NCBI RefSeq assembly: GCF_018977255.1
Contig: NW_024704742.1
Coordinates: 98,954,001-99,018,000, forward strand
Direction: 5' to 3'
DNA length: 64,000 nt
Source of the DNA: Callorhinchus milii
Taxonomy: Eukaryota
A model generated the notes under the pieces. The model saw only the letters and a program-made list of their open reading frames with translations, did no database searches and was not told where the DNA came from. Both the position numbers and the translations under genes were made by a program. Every line of letters begins with the position of its first letter. The first letter of the stretch is position 1. Shown here in pieces: positions 13,051 to 26,843 of the stretch.

Positions 13051-13889
13051 TATCCAAACCAGATTGAGAGTTTTATAAATGCGTGCCACCTATGATTGGA
13101 AATTTCCCTTTGTCTGGAATGGAATATATGCCAGTCTCCAAATACTGTAGGACTTCACAGCAAGGAGTATCATCCTGTACTTCAGTACTGTATATCTGTT
13201 CTGTGTCAATGTGTTGTACCATTATGCCACTTACAAGAGCATCCTTTCATGTGAAAACAACAAAATATCTTAAGCAAATACAACTACTGTGCAGTATGTA
13301 GTGCTATTTCTAGATGCATGAAAATTTGATAGATACTGCGCATTTTCTTTCTAGATGACTGACAGTAAATGTTCCTTAAACAAATTATCAAATCCAAAAC
13401 CATCTCTGCTAAAGGTATAGTTCAAGTTGAAGAGTTAAATCTTAAAATACCTGAAATAGTCCTGAGCACTCTCAGAACATGTTGAGATTCCACTTAGTGT
13501 TCATTAATCCTGCACAGCACAGGCTCCAATAGTTCATACAGCACAAGACAAATCATCTGATCTTCCATCACACTACCAAACCATTTTTTTCTTTCTAAAT
13601 GCATAAACAGAAATCACATTCATACACATCACCACTCATGTATAAATGACATCCATATGGTATACTTTGTCCTGCACTTTGTCCTACTACTGCCACAACG
13701 GAGATCAACCAATTTAGCATGGGCAAGGAAGTAAAGGTGAGGTCTTTTTGTTTTTTTTTGGCTCAACCAGTCACCTAGCTTCACCAACTGAGCTGGCAGA
13801 GGAACAATTGCATCACTCCAATGAGAAATCGAAACACCGAGGGTAAGCTCTTTCAATGGTCCCTCGTGAATAGAGATACTGCGATGAAC

Positions 13890-14520
13890 TAACTCATTTT
13901 AGTTGGGGCACCATTATTTTTCTCAATGAACCTAGATTAGGGAGGGTAAAATAAAACAGGATTCACACTGGTGATCCCTATCACTATCCCAAAGGAAATC
14001 CACATTTGTGGATGACAAGTAGGGGCAGGATTGGACTCATGCGGTGATGTTCCCACTTCATCCTCTGCCTTAGATAATTAGCCGGTCTACTTTCACTGTC
14101 AAGACACGCATGGACAAGTGCCACTTTGGCAAGGGGGCAGAACCAGGACCTGCACTTGTGGAACTATATACAGTACCTATAGAGGAAAAATATAAATCAG
14201 CTTCAGGAGAGGAATGAAGAGAAAAAAGTAATTCAGAGTCAATTACACAGTTGTGATCTGATTAAATGATTATCACACTTGAAAGCGAAGGTCAAGCAGT
14301 TTATTAGCATCGATGCCAGTTCTTTTGGTGGCTCAGTGGGTAATGATAACAAGAATCATCCTTGCATTTGATATAGTGCCTTATCACGTCTTCAAAATGT
14401 CTCAAAGCTAGATGCAGCATGTGGTGTGATGCTGTCATGCAGATCAGGAAACTTTCAGCTTCAATCCCTGATCTGTGTTGAGTCAGCTGATCACAGCTAG
14501 AATAGTTATAATTGGTCACA
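13890..14520 (+). mobile_element. Highly decayed ancient SINE fragments (AmnSINE2-like)
   Basis: GATCAGGAA..TTCAATCCCTGATCTGTGTTGAGTCAGCTGATC and TTAGGGAGGGTAAAAT motifs. Similar remnants at ~8020-8300, 11545-11790, 17030-17180 and 20580-20720 (-). Assignment is from memory only. Confidence 0.45.
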
Positions 14521-14789
14521 TCTTTGTGAGATGATCATCACCACACTGGAACACACAGTTCTAATCTTTAGGTTCACGATGTTTTGTTCACAGAGAATAT
14601 TCCGAGAATAGCAAGAGTGAACTTGGACATCTAAAGACATTACTAAATTATGCTAACGCTTATTCAGTAATATATTCACAATTTGGGACTTTTTACTGTT
14701 TGCAAGATGAGGTGAAGGATGGTCCAGTGAATAGGACAGTGACACCATGTTCTTAAAGAAACATAGGAAGAGGATATTCACACCATTTT

Positions 14790-15790
14790 ATTCGATCGTG
14801 GCGGATCTTTTAATTCCATTTTCCACCTTTTCTCCATTCCTCAATTCCTTTCATTATTTTAAAAGCCTCAATCAAGTCATATCTTAACCTACTCTGCTAT
14901 GAGATATAACCCTATCTTATCAGACTCATCAAAGCTAAGACCATTCAACCAAGATATTAATCTAGTGAACCATCACTGACCACCCTCTAAGGCTAATATT
15001 TTCTTTCTAAGATTGAGTACCCTAAACAGTGTACTCCAAATGAGGTCTAACAATGCTCTATATAATTGGGGCAGAACCTCCTTGCTTTTATATTCCATAT
15101 TTCTTGTTATAAAGTCCGTATGACTTATTGACTGTTTTATGCACCTATTAACTTGATTTTAATGATCTACGGACTTGAACTCCTCGGTCTCTCTGCTCAT
15201 CTACCCTTCCTCATGCTTCCCCATTTACATTTTTCATCTGTGCTCTTCACAATTTGCAATACCTCTTAGCTTTGTTTTGTTCACAAACTTGTCACTGCCT
15301 GCCAATTAGAAAATGTCCCTCTTATGCTAACTCTCTCTATCCAATCTCCCAACCAAATTCCTACTCTTGATGCAATATTTCCTTCAATTCATTTTAATTA
15401 TTTAGTTAATAATCTCTTGTGTGGTTGATATCAAATACTTTCTGGAAGTCCATATGAATGGCATTCAATTCCCCTTGATCTATCAGCTCTGTGGTTCTGT
15501 CAAAAAAAACTATTAGATTTGTGAGACATTATCTACCCTTCGCACACCATGTTGATTCTCTCTGATCTCTGCATAGATATCTACGTGCTCAGTTAGTCTG
15601 TCCCTGATGATAGATTCCAGTAATTTACTCACCACTAATGTTAAACTCACAGACCTATATTGCTTGCTTTGTCACTTCCCATCTTCCTGAATATTGGAGT
15701 TACATTTGCTGTCCTCCCATTGTCTGGTTCAATTCCTGAATCAATTAAACATTAGAAAATAATAATAAAAGCCTCTACAATTTCTTATTT
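14790..15790 (-). mobile_element. Decayed CR1 LINE fragment
   Basis: Minus-strand remnants of ENQHG, HMDFQK, EQRD.GVQV and LYRALLDLIWS/VRPHLEY-type motifs. Confidence 0.7.
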
Positions 15791-15813
15791 CTTTTAGCAG
15801 CCTGAGGTGGAAA

Positions 15814-16895
15814 ACAACAACGACAAAATTACATTTGTGTAGCACCTTTTACGTCGGGAGGATGTCCCAAGGCACTGGACAGTCAAAGTTTTGGACCCAA
15901 GCTGGGGTTTGGGATCGGGGAGGGTGGAGGGTAGGGGAGGAAGCAGGATGATCAAAAGCACGGTTGAAGAGGTGGGTCTTGAAGGAGGCAAGGGAGAGGG
16001 CGAGGTGGAGGGACTGCAGGATAGAGTTCCAGAGGATGGGGGCAGAGTGGCAGAAGGCCCGACCACCAATGGTGGGGCAAGCGAGGCAAGCAAGCAAAGT
16101 GCAGTTCAGAGCTTGCTGAACGGAGGGAGCAGGGAGGATGGTTGGGGATTAGAAGGTTGCAGCGATAGGGTGGAGCAAGACCAAAGCGGGCTTTGAAGGT
16201 GAGGACCAGGATCTTGAACTGTATCCTGTGTAATGGGAAGCCAGTGGAGTTGGGCAAGGATGGGAGTGACAGGGTCGCGGAACCTGGTGCGGGAGAGGAC
16301 ACAAGCTGCAGAGTTCCAGATAATCTTCAGCCTCTGGAGGGAGGAGTTGGGGAGGCCGACAAGCAAGGAGTTTGCATAATCAAATCTCAATGTAATCAAA
16401 GCGTGTAGGGGGGTTTCGGCGGCCTGTGGTGTGAGCCGGGCAATGTTACAGAGGTGGGGGAAGGCAGAGCGGGTCATGGCACAGATGTGGCGTAGAAAGG
16501 ACAGTCGAGGTTCAAACAAGATGCCAAGGTTCCGGATTGGCTTAGTAAGGTTGAATGTGCAACCGTGGATGGTGATGCTGTCAGCGCCTGAGGTGTGGAG
16601 GCGCTGATGAGAGCAATCAGAAGAGCCTTGGTCTTATTAACATTCAACTGAAGAAAATTAGCTCTCATCCAGGACTTGATGTCTGCTAGACATTCTGTCA
16701 GGACAGCAGTGATCCTGGAGTTAAGGGTGGAGGCAGAGAGGTACAGTTGGGTGTCATCCTCACACATGTGGAAATTGACCCCAAGTCTGCGGGTGATGTC
16801 GCCAAGAGGGAGCAATAGATATTGAAGAGGAGGGGACCAAGGACAGAGCCCTGAGGAATGCCGCATGAGATGGTGCGGGGGCTAGAGGAGAAAAC
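15814..16895 (-). mobile_element. L2-clade LINE fragment, tail type A
   Basis: Minus-strand ORFs contain [22 protein letters not shown] and IGGRAF. Confidence 0.92.
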
Positions 16896-17809
16896 AGCTG
16901 GGCATGGAGATTTGTCCGAATTCAGTCCTGTAAATTTATCCTCAGAACCAACATAGATTTTGCTCAATTATGTTGAGATTATGATTCCACTATGATATGA
17001 TATGAATAGGATTTGTGTACAAGCTCCCCTCATAGCTCAGTCAGCATGTCTAATTGCTTTATATTAAGCAGGACAGGCAAACACAAAAGTCCCAAATTTG
17101 ACCTCCCAAGTCTGTCCTGGGTTAGCTCATCTTGTAGTGGACAAGGGTGAGAGTGTTACAATTGGCCTCCATATCTTAGATTAATAATAATCCTTGAATT
17201 CCTTATCACATTGTTGAGACATCTCAAAGCGCTTCACAGGATATACTGTTACGTACAGGATAAGAGCCTTGTGATCACAGTTCAGCATCCAAATTGTTGC
17301 CCCAGCACACCACTTGACTAAAACTGAAGGTGATGCAAAGGTTGTTTCACAAATTAATACCAGGGAATACTATGTTTCCAATCTTTTATAACCTAATGTA
17401 CGATCCAAGTACAAGGTGGTAGAAGTAAAATGACATATCACCTGACTGACCCAAGCAAACTCTTGTCTTCTCAGTTTATGCATTAACGTTCCAGCTTTCA
17501 GTCTCATCCTGCCAGCTAGTTTAATCCAGTCCGCACCTGCTATCACTTCACTTGTGATTGACAGACGGTGACATTCCTCTTCAATCATCACAACAAGAGC
17601 AGTTGCCAACATAAGTACAAAACATTTGTGTCTCCTAGTCTCTGATTCTTCAAAGGACAGTTTTGCACCCTCTGATTTTCATTCAGACTTGAGAGAAGAT
17701 GACTCATATGGGACTTCATACAGATGAATAAAGGTTTAACTGGGTTTGAACAGGATGCACCAAAAGTATAGTACAAGAGGGCAAAGGTTTAGAGTTGAAA
17801 AGGGCAAAA

Positions 17810-18156
17810 TGGATTGCAGTGTATTAGTTAGAGCACTCGCCTTGCAAGCGAGAGGACCTGTGTCCAATTCCCAGGTGGGGCGAAACCTTAGACAAGTTTC
17901 CTTATTCCAGACACCTCTGTTTACCTAGCAGTAATTAGGAACCTGGTTGTTAGTCGATTGGCAGATCACATTTTAAAAAATAATTTGGTCACTCAATCCC
18001 CGAGTCTTTGTGGGACATTGCTGTGTGCAATTGGCTGCTGTGTTTCTCCCACAAAATCTATAATCAATTTACTTTACAGTATAATCTGTGAAGCGCTTTG
18101 AGACATCTCGAAGATGTGATAAGGCGCTATATCAAGTGCAAGGATTCTTATTATAA
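17810..18156 (+). mobile_element. tRNA-SINE, long form
   Basis: Head with a TGC anticodon-like loop, core and tail. Confidence 0.88.
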
Positions 18157-21100
18157 TTTCAGTACATATACTAGTAAAGGTTTTCTTTACTGAGGGAGTA
18201 ATCAGTGACTGCAACAGATTACACAAAGGATGGCTGAGGCACTGGGCCTCATTTAAAAAGTAGCTTGATGCTGTGATGGGGCGGGGGGGGGGTTGGTAGG
18301 GTGGGCTTTCTAGAAGGATGAGATTGGAGGGCTAAGATCATTCTTCACCAAAATCAATCTTGTGATCCTGTGTGTGCATGGATATGTTGATTGAGGAGCC
18401 AGGCAAGTATGAGAAAAGCTGGAGGATGTTGTTCAATCACTATAAACATTTATCCAGCTGTTACTTTAAGCTCTCCTCCACATGTCAAGTTTCCCTCACT
18501 TTAGATTTTTTCCAACACACATACAGTTGCTGCTGTGAAGTAAATGAGACATGGAGCTGAGTGATAAATTGCTGCCTCCAGAGAAGCTGAATTGAGCAGT
18601 TTGAGCATGAATGAAAAGTGCTCAGTGGTTTTCTCCTTCCACGTGAGGAAGTTCACAGGAGAGTCCTGCATTCTGCTGCCCTCCAGAGTAACAAATTGGG
18701 CTGCTATCTTCACTGTCTAGACTTGGCTTTGATGTACAAGGAGCTTAACAATGACTCAGTAGGTTCATCAGAGGGAAGAAAATTGAACCAGGTTAAAGAT
18801 TAATAGAAAATACTGTTTAAAATAAAGTTGTTTGTACATGGACCGGAAATAAGTAAATAACTTCATTCTCAAGATTGTTAAACACAACAGAGTAAAATGT
18901 GAATTCACGCCAAAATAAGAAGGTGGGTGGTGGTGGGGGTGGAGAGTTAGATACTGCACCCAAAATGAATACAATTGAGTAAAACTAGATTTATTTACGT
19001 TTTTATAGTATCTGCCTTTGGGATGCCTTAACCAGTCAGTACACAGTGTAACATAGTGTCACAGATATCATGTTGCTGTATTGAATTACATTATCATATG
19101 CAGATATTATGAAATTCCCTGGTTCAGTGATATAATTTGTGGCTCAATCATGCGCTGCACAATTAGGAGCTGACCATCTGTCACTGTCTGTCATGACAAC
19201 ACAACTGACAAGAAAACAGAAAATGATGCAAAACAAAGACAACACAAAGGTTCAAAAAATTGCTCAATTGTTATGCTCTGTACAGAACAGCGGTCTGGAT
19301 TGTGTTCCAAGGCAGAAACACATCTCAGGGCTGAGACAATGTGTAACACATACCAGATTTTTTGTTAAGCTATATCTTGATGATTGCATGCATGTCTTTA
19401 AGTACCGCATTGAAAAGGCTTTGTTATTGTGTGAGTCAAACCAAATACACACCCAGTAGAGTCCTGAAGCCTAATTCTCTGATAGTGTCTGGTTATTTGT
19501 CCGTAAAGTATTCCTGCTGAGTCAGTTCAGTTTACGTTGCTGTTATGATGAGTATCAGATTACTCAATTAACCATCAATTGATTACAGTATTTTGCAAAA
19601 AAGCCTCTCCCTCACACACAATATTATTTTTCTGTTTTGTTTTTCTGTTTATGTTTGTCTTTTTTATTTCTCCCTTTCTATTTAATTCTCTCCTATTACC
19701 TATTCATAGAATTATAGAATTATACAACACAGAAGGAGGCCATTCAGCCCGTCGTGTCTGTGCCGGCTCTTTGAAAAGAGCTACCCAAATCAATCCCATT
19801 CCCCCGCACTCTCCCCATAGCCCTGCAAACTTGTCCTCCCCATAAAAAAGTATAATTCTTACTTTTTTTGTCATTTTTGCTCGATTGCCCTTTACCTCTC
19901 AGCTACAGGGGGTAAGAGAAAAAGGGCAAATAAATAAGACTGAAAGGATTGCTCTTAAGAGAACCAGTACAGTCACAAAGGACTGCATCTGGGCCATGTA
20001 TTTCCAAGGTTCTCTTCTCTCGCTGTTTGCCCTTTCCCTTTTATAACTGCAGATGCTCCTTTTGGTATTTGTAATGACTCATCCAATTCTCCCTCTGATT
20101 TTCTTCCCTCACCCCTCTCTCTGCCTGTTACATTTCCATGGACAATTCTGGTCTGTGCTCATAGCCAAAGCCTGTTGCAGTCCTCGTAAAGCAGCCATAC
20201 AGACACTTCCTGTAATGAATTACTGCATAGCAATCAAAAGCGAGAGCCCTGACCCACGTCCACCATTTTAGCTCTGTCTCATTTGAGATTATCCAACAGC
20301 ACAGTATAAGGAACAAGTTCAGCACGTTCCTGTTTTACCCGACTCAGTGCAATACCATGTAGTTCATCCATCTAAAAAGCCATCAGGAGGACTCTACTTG
20401 CACGTTCCACTGAGACCCTGTGTTGAAATCAATACTTTATTTGATACAGAAATTTGGATTACAAAATTTGAGGCTTTTTTCTGAAGGCTCGCAGGGAAGT
20501 TCAGACAAGTGTAGTACTCACTGGCACCTCATTGTCTGATACCTCACCCATTCTTCACATGACCTGAGGATTTTGAGGGTGTCACAGCTTATCCTGAAGC
20601 TGTTTTCATTCAATATCTACATAGACATACTTTTCAGTATACGTCATCAGGATAGAGAATGGGAGAGGGAACCTTGGCTGATTTTTCTCTTTCCTAGCCC
20701 AGGGATGCTAAGGCCAACTTCACCAGGCTACATACATAGCACAAAACTGCCCCACACAGCAGTCTTGCTCAGAGAGACTAGATGGCAGGTGTGAGAAATG
20801 GAAATGACCCACTGGTGCATCAAGAGGTGCTTTTGTGATGTCAGAATGACGAGCATATTGTTTAAATTGTTGTGGCAATACATTTTGGCAATCTTAACCA
20901 AAATTTAACAAAGTTTTATTCTGAGTGAACCTGGTGCTGATAGTAGATGCCAAAGGATGGAAATCTTTCTATTTCCAAACCATGGCAATCCTTAACGTCG
21001 GTAACCAAAACAAAGTTCACCGTCATAAATCTATGAATATCTTAAATATCTTTTTACTCTTATGAGAACCCCTGTACTAGCCATCACTCTATGAATAACT

Positions 21101-22864
21101 TTTTTTTGATCAAAGAAAAATCATCCCAAGGGTCCCTCTGGAACTCCTTCCCTTTATGTCTTTGTCCTGCTTTCAATTCTACCTCTTTGAATGTGTCTAT
21201 AGCAATCTCCCTTGCCCTATTCCTCCCCTCTCCCTTGCTCAGTGTCCAACTCCATTGCTGCGAAGCAACCCGAGACATTACCCTATATGAAGGGCACTAT
21301 ATAAATGAAATGTTGTGGCTACCATTCTACGTCAGTACAAACCACCAAATGCACAGATTATCCTGCTTATGATCCTTTGCTGCTCATTGAATGCATCAGT
21401 AAGTGATTTGTGTGACATCACTTTAGCCCCGATTGCAGTGCAGAGAGTAGTGTTAACTAGTGTTATTGAGGAGGTGAGGCCCAATTAATGTCTACCCAGG
21501 TAAATGGTGTGTCTGTGTGGCACGTTGAGAAAAACGGGCCACTGATCATTTGACAAAAAATACACAGAATACTACGTCATCCAATGTCTTAAGAAATATT
21601 AGATTAGTTCCATATAACATGATGAGAATCAATTCTATTTGCCTTTATTTATAAAAGATAGACTTGTTCTCCCCCAGATATTTTGATGTAAATAAGGGAG
21701 AAGGGTACTTAGGCAACCACAAAGACATCCTGCCACTGCAGCCCAGCAACACAGACACAAACATCCAATCCATCCGAGAGAAAAGAAGAAGACCCTGAGA
21801 GCAGATGGAGAAAAAACGTAGTAGGGGTAAGAATTGAAATCTTACACTTGTAACAAGATTTCCAACTTTTACAGCAAAGCAATTATAACAGAGATGACAG
21901 AGTTCTATATTTTGATGAGCGTTTTAGCTGTGTGCCAAATTAACTCTTCATATTTGCACTCTGGTTTTACTAAGTACACACCAACAGAAAGAAGCCTGGA
22001 TATAATGAAACTAACTGTCTTTGTGATTTTTCTTAGTGTGTCCTCTCAGAGAATGCTTCATTCGGCTATCAAATTTCAAAAGATTTGTTACATATAAATA
22101 CACAATGCAAATCAATCATATGTGTGCAGAGAGATATTGCTCTAAGGATGAAATGTAACATTTGTTATTGTTTCTCTGTCCTTCACACATTCTTTCTTTC
22201 CCTTTTTGTTGTGACTCGTTGGGCCGAATGACCTGTTTCCATGCTTTAACTGTCTATGTAATTCTATGTAATTATTGTTTTTCTGTATCTCACATGCTCT
22301 CTCCCTCTCTGCTGTTTTTTTAAGATTCTATTCCTTGATTTTTCTTACATTTCTCCTTGTTATTTGCCATTAGATTCTCTCAATGTATTTGGCTCACCCT
22401 TTCCCCCATTTCTCTTCCCTCTCTGCCTGTGAATTGTTACTGCCATTGCTGGGCATGTATGCCTCCAACACAACACATTGCTGTCACACTTTTGATTGTG
22501 TTTGTGGCAGTGCACTTCTACTAGGATTGGAGGGCTGGTTCAATCTGACCTCCTTCATACTCAAAGCACTCTGAGTTACCACACACAAAAAAAACAGCTG
22601 CCACTTTTTAATTCCGATCACTACAGCTCTTACAACATCAAACTTAAACCAAGTCAACCCTGGAAAATCCCAGCAGATTCAAATTACGATTCCTTCCTCT
22701 ATCTGTGGACAAGTACAAAGTTCGTTTAGATAAGGGAATTCTCATTGCAATTCCCTTGGAGAGGCCTTTATGTTTTTTCAATAAAGTGTGGTATCCATTC
22801 CAACACTGGTCTCTACAATTTGAGCAATCAAACTTTTACTTCTTGATTTTTCTTAAACTTTCTA

Positions 22865-23395
22865 CTCTGTTGCTCGGCTCCACCACTGACTCGAACCTCA
22901 TCTCACCGAGACCCTCATGCCCGCATTCACAACATCCAGGCTCGACTACGCAATCTCCCTGCTTGTCAGCCTCCCCAACTCCTCCCTCCATAGGCTGCAA
23001 ATCATCCAGAACTCTGCAACCTGTGTCCTTTCCCGCACCAGGCTCCGCGACCCTATCACCCACATCCTCGCTCGATTCCACCGGCTTCCCATCACATAGA
23101 GGATACAGTTCAAGATCCTGTTCCTCACCTTCAAAGCCCTCCATAGCCTTGCTCCCCCTACCTCTGTAACCTCCTAACCCCTACCAACCTGGAACTCCAT
23201 CCCACAGTTCCTCCGCCTCTTTCAAGACCTGTCTCAAAACCCTCCTCTTCGAACGTGGCTTTGGTTACCCTCCTTCCCCAGTGCCCCTCCACCCTTGGCG
23301 ACCCCCAGTTCAGGTCTGAAACACTGATTGTTCAGCACCTAGGGACATCCTCCCGACGTGAAAGCTGCTATACAAATGTAATTCTGTGTTGTTCT
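22865..23395 (+). mobile_element. L2-clade LINE 3' fragment, tail type A
   Basis: [22 protein letters not shown] in ORF 22917, and an L2 tail at ~23335-23395. Confidence 0.88.
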
Positions 23396-24879
23396 TGTAT
23401 TCCTTTCAACCCGGTGATATCCTTCACAAGGACCCTTGATCCTCCCTCTATGTTTTTCATTTTTTTTTTAAAAATCACTCTTCAGCCAGCCATAATCCAC
23501 ATTGTTGGTCAGGTGGGCCAGAGCTGGCTTGAAACAGAGAAACGTTGCAGGGCAATGTTGCTTTATTATGTCATTAAGAAGCCCCTGTTGCCACTGTTAC
23601 ACATTAGTAGGCCTTGTGACAACAGCATGTTGATATAGTAGACCCTCTGTTAAGTGCTGCAACCCAGTGTTAAACTGCAGTTATAATCAAGAGGTACATG
23701 ATATCTGATATATGTAGTTTCTCTATATTTGAGGGGGGGGGGGGGGGGGAGTCATGAAGAATCCAATAGAGTAGCCAAGGTCATGGGATATCAAGATCAT
23801 TGTGGGGTGGGGAAGTACTTTCATGATTTAAACTGGCCAACTCTGTCAACAACAACCACAGCTTATAGTTATATAGCACCTTTCATGCTTGGATAAGGAT
23901 AGCATGTTGCATAACATCTTGGGAGTGCTTTACAATCTGAATTTGGATGTTGAGCAAGGGAGAGAGGTATGGAAAAAAAAAGGGACAGGGCTATAAGTGT
24001 GTTTGAAGAGGTAAGTTTTAAGGCTGCACATAAAAATAGAGAAGGGGCGAGAGACAGAGGAGTAGAAAGCAGGAGTTCCAGAGGTTAGGGCCCTACTCAA
24101 CTCGATTTAAACTATTGAAACGAAATAGCTCCCAGGGTTGAACACAGCAGCTTCACTAAGCATGAATTAAAGAAAGATTTTCCAAGGAGCTTGAGCCAGA
24201 CATGGACAGTATCATTACTCAGATGCCCAGGGGAAAGGGATATTTCAGAACATGTTTTGCCTTGTTCCTTAAACAAGGAACATAATAGTTTAGGAATATC
24301 ACAGTTGTGACCCCAGTGTTGTCTGTTCGATGCATTAGCAGACAACCAAAATTACCAAGAAAGGTAGTTGAGGCCAGGACACTGGGTTAACAATAATAAT
24401 AATCCTTGCATTTGATATAGTACTTTATCACATCATTTAATAATGCAGCCTTTTTAATAAATTTGATGAAACACTTTGAGGCGTCCTCTTGATCTGAAAG
24501 GTGCTATGTCAAATGCAAGGATTATAATTATTTTTATCATTATCTGGTGAAATGTAATCTTACCATACAGCCTATATCAGTAGCACTCTGAATCAGAAGT
24601 TTGTGCATTCAAGACCCATGTCAGGAATTTTGAACTCACAATCTAGGGTGACAGTTTATAAGTTTGGGGTGCACCACATTGGCAGAGGTGTCGATTCTGG
24701 CTGTTCAGGTGAACATCAAAAATCCCATGGTACTATTTGAAAAGTAAGGGAATTTCTTCTGGTTAACAATGCTCCAGATAAAATTGGTAATTCACTTTTT
24801 GGTTGTTTGTGGGATACTGGGGTGTGCAAATTGGCCGCTGTGTTTGACTACAACTACACAGTAAAATTTTCAACCAGGT

Positions 24880-25011
24880 CATCGGTCACCCCCCTTCCTC
24901 TCCCTTCTCCCCCCTTGACCCCAGCTCGGGTCTGAAATGCTGCACACCGTCCAGCACCTTGGAACATCCTCCCGACATGAAAGGCGCTATACAAATGTAA
25001 TCTTGTTGCTG
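24880..25011 (+). mobile_element. L2 3' UTR/tail fragment nested in a Deu-type SINE
   Basis: Closely matches 4873-5010. Confidence 0.8.
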
Positions 25012-25830
25012 TAAATCTGTAAAGTGCTTTGAGATGTCTTATGATATAAGACTCTGCACCAAATACAAAGATTATTTCTACTTAAAAGCATAGTTTATAT
25101 TTATGTACTTCTATATGTATGTATAGTAATGATAAATAATAATCCTTGCATTCAATATAGCACCTTGATCACATCATTAAGTTGTCTCAAAGCGCTTGTA
25201 AGTAAAACACTAAAGTGAATACATGTTTCATAGTCGGTAAAATTTCCTTGCGTAAACTCACCCTAAGATCAGTACAGTTGTCAATGCAGAACCTTTTAAC
25301 TTCCTTAATTCGCCCGCAAGAGTTACTCCCTTTTACGGTAAATCAAGTGAAGTGTTTTGACACAGAGGTCCAGCTGACCTGAAAGGCATTACATCAAATG
25401 TATGGATTATTATTTTTTTTTATTTAATTCTATCATTATACCTGAGTCAGTGCAAAAACAAACACCGCACACAACTTCACAGAAGAGGCATTTTAAAGGT
25501 AGAGAATCATGCAGACTTGCTTTCAAAAGCAGCCATCAGAGGCCACTTAACACTTCCAACTGGTTTGAACTGACCTTAACCCTATATAATTAGCTTCTTG
25601 CAACAGGCAACTGGTTTCACAGAAACCAAAATAACAAAACAGGGAGAGCATCAAAATATAGTTCAACCCAGTCTCTGCTGCAGCTAAAGCTTGAGTTTCC
25701 AGGTCAGTTGGGGATGGTGGTGATGCTGATGTTTTGGTTGGTTGGTGCTGTAATGGTGGTGGTGTTGTTTGTGGTGGTGATGATGATGATGATGTGTACT
25801 TTCTGATCACTCCCAGTGCTGCCATTCTTC

Positions 25831-25912
25831 TTCCTGGAATAGAGGGCGGGAAGTACACGTTGTTCCTGGAAATCGGGCGACCAATCGACGAGGACTGGTG
25901 TTTTCGGTGACG
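25831..25912 (+). promoter_or_regulatory. Candidate promoter module: two STAT/GAS sites, GC box, CCAAT box, half-CRE
   Basis: TTCCTGGAA at 25831-25839 and 25863-25871, GGGCGGG at 25844-25850, CCAAT at 25881-25885, TGACG at 25908-25912. CpG is locally retained in an otherwise CpG-poor window. Confidence 0.5.
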
Positions 25913-25939
25913 CCGAGTGCCCCACTGCTAAAAGGAAAC

Positions 25940-26520
25940 GGAGACACACACACACAGAGAGAGCACAGCCACTGCACTGCACTCACTGGGGAGACACACA
26001 CACAGAGAGAGCACAGCCACTGCACTCACTCACTGGGGAGACACACACACAGAGAGCACAGCCACTGCACTCACTCACTGGGAGACACACACACACAGAG
26101 AGCACAGCCACTGCACGCACTCACTCACTCACTGGGGAGACACACACACACAGAGAGAGCACAGCCACTGCACTCACTCACTGGGGAGACACACACACAC
26201 ACAGAGAGCACAGCCACTGCACTCACTCACTGGGGAGACACACACACAGAGAGAGAGCACAGCCACTGCACTCACTCACTGGGGAGACACACACAGAGCA
26301 CAGCCACTGCACTCACTCACTCACTGGGGAGACACACACACAGAGAGCACAGCCACTGCACTCACTCACTGGGGAGACACACACACACACAGAGAGCACA
26401 GCCACTGCACTCACTCACTCACTGGGGAGACACACACACACACACACCCACAGAGAGCACAGCCACTGCACTCACTCACTCACTCACTGGGGAGACACAC
26501 ACACACACACACCCACAGAG
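25940..26520. repeat. Complex minisatellite, ~11 full units plus a partial: GGAGA(CA)n(GA)nGCACAGCCACTGCACT(CACT)nGG, ~45-65 bp each
   Basis: Read directly. Unit length varies through internal (CA)n and (CACT)n microsatellites. Confidence 0.95.
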
Positions 26521-26734
26521 AGGAGCTCAGACCCTCGGCCCAGGCAGACTATCAGCACCAGGGCCCGGGCGGGCACTGACCCCCTCCCCACACCCCCTCT
26601 CTGCGTTGTCTGTCTCAACCTCTTTAGTCGGTATCTGAAGCTCGTGGTCCCCTCTCCTCTCCGCCGCTCAGACACCGCCTGTCCCGCCGGACTGACCGCC
26701 GGACTGACCGCCTGAGTGAGTGGCTCCTCGGGGG
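26521..26734 (+). other. Candidate non-coding first exon of the ZFAND5-type gene (start uncertain)
   Basis: GC/CpG-rich stretch ending at GTGAGT donors at 26716 or 26735. The ATG exon has its own acceptor, so an upstream exon is required. Confidence 0.45.
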
Positions 26735-26811
26735 GTGAGTTCACAGCCTCTCGTGTCTCTTGATTCTGTGTTGGGGTTTTACCCGAATACCGGTGTGTGT
26801 TGTGTTGTGTG

Positions 26812-26812
26812 T

Positions 26813-26838
<26 letters not shown>
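26812..26838. repeat. (TA)n microsatellite
   Basis: Read directly. Confidence 0.9.

Positions 26839-26843
<5 letters not shown>

Noticed and set aside
20053..20485. Short open frames after acceptor-like AGs
   Set aside because: No recognisable homology and no consistent splice pattern.
21679..21826. Exon-like stretch with a cccAG acceptor and GTAAGA donor
   Set aside because: There are stops in all three frames, no recognisable protein and no partner exons. A lncRNA exon cannot be excluded.
25940..26520. Repeat array superficially like CRISPR, and the 246-aa His/Thr-rich ORF over it
   Set aside because: There are no unique spacers and no cas genes, and the context is eukaryotic. The ORF is a by-product of stop-free repeats.
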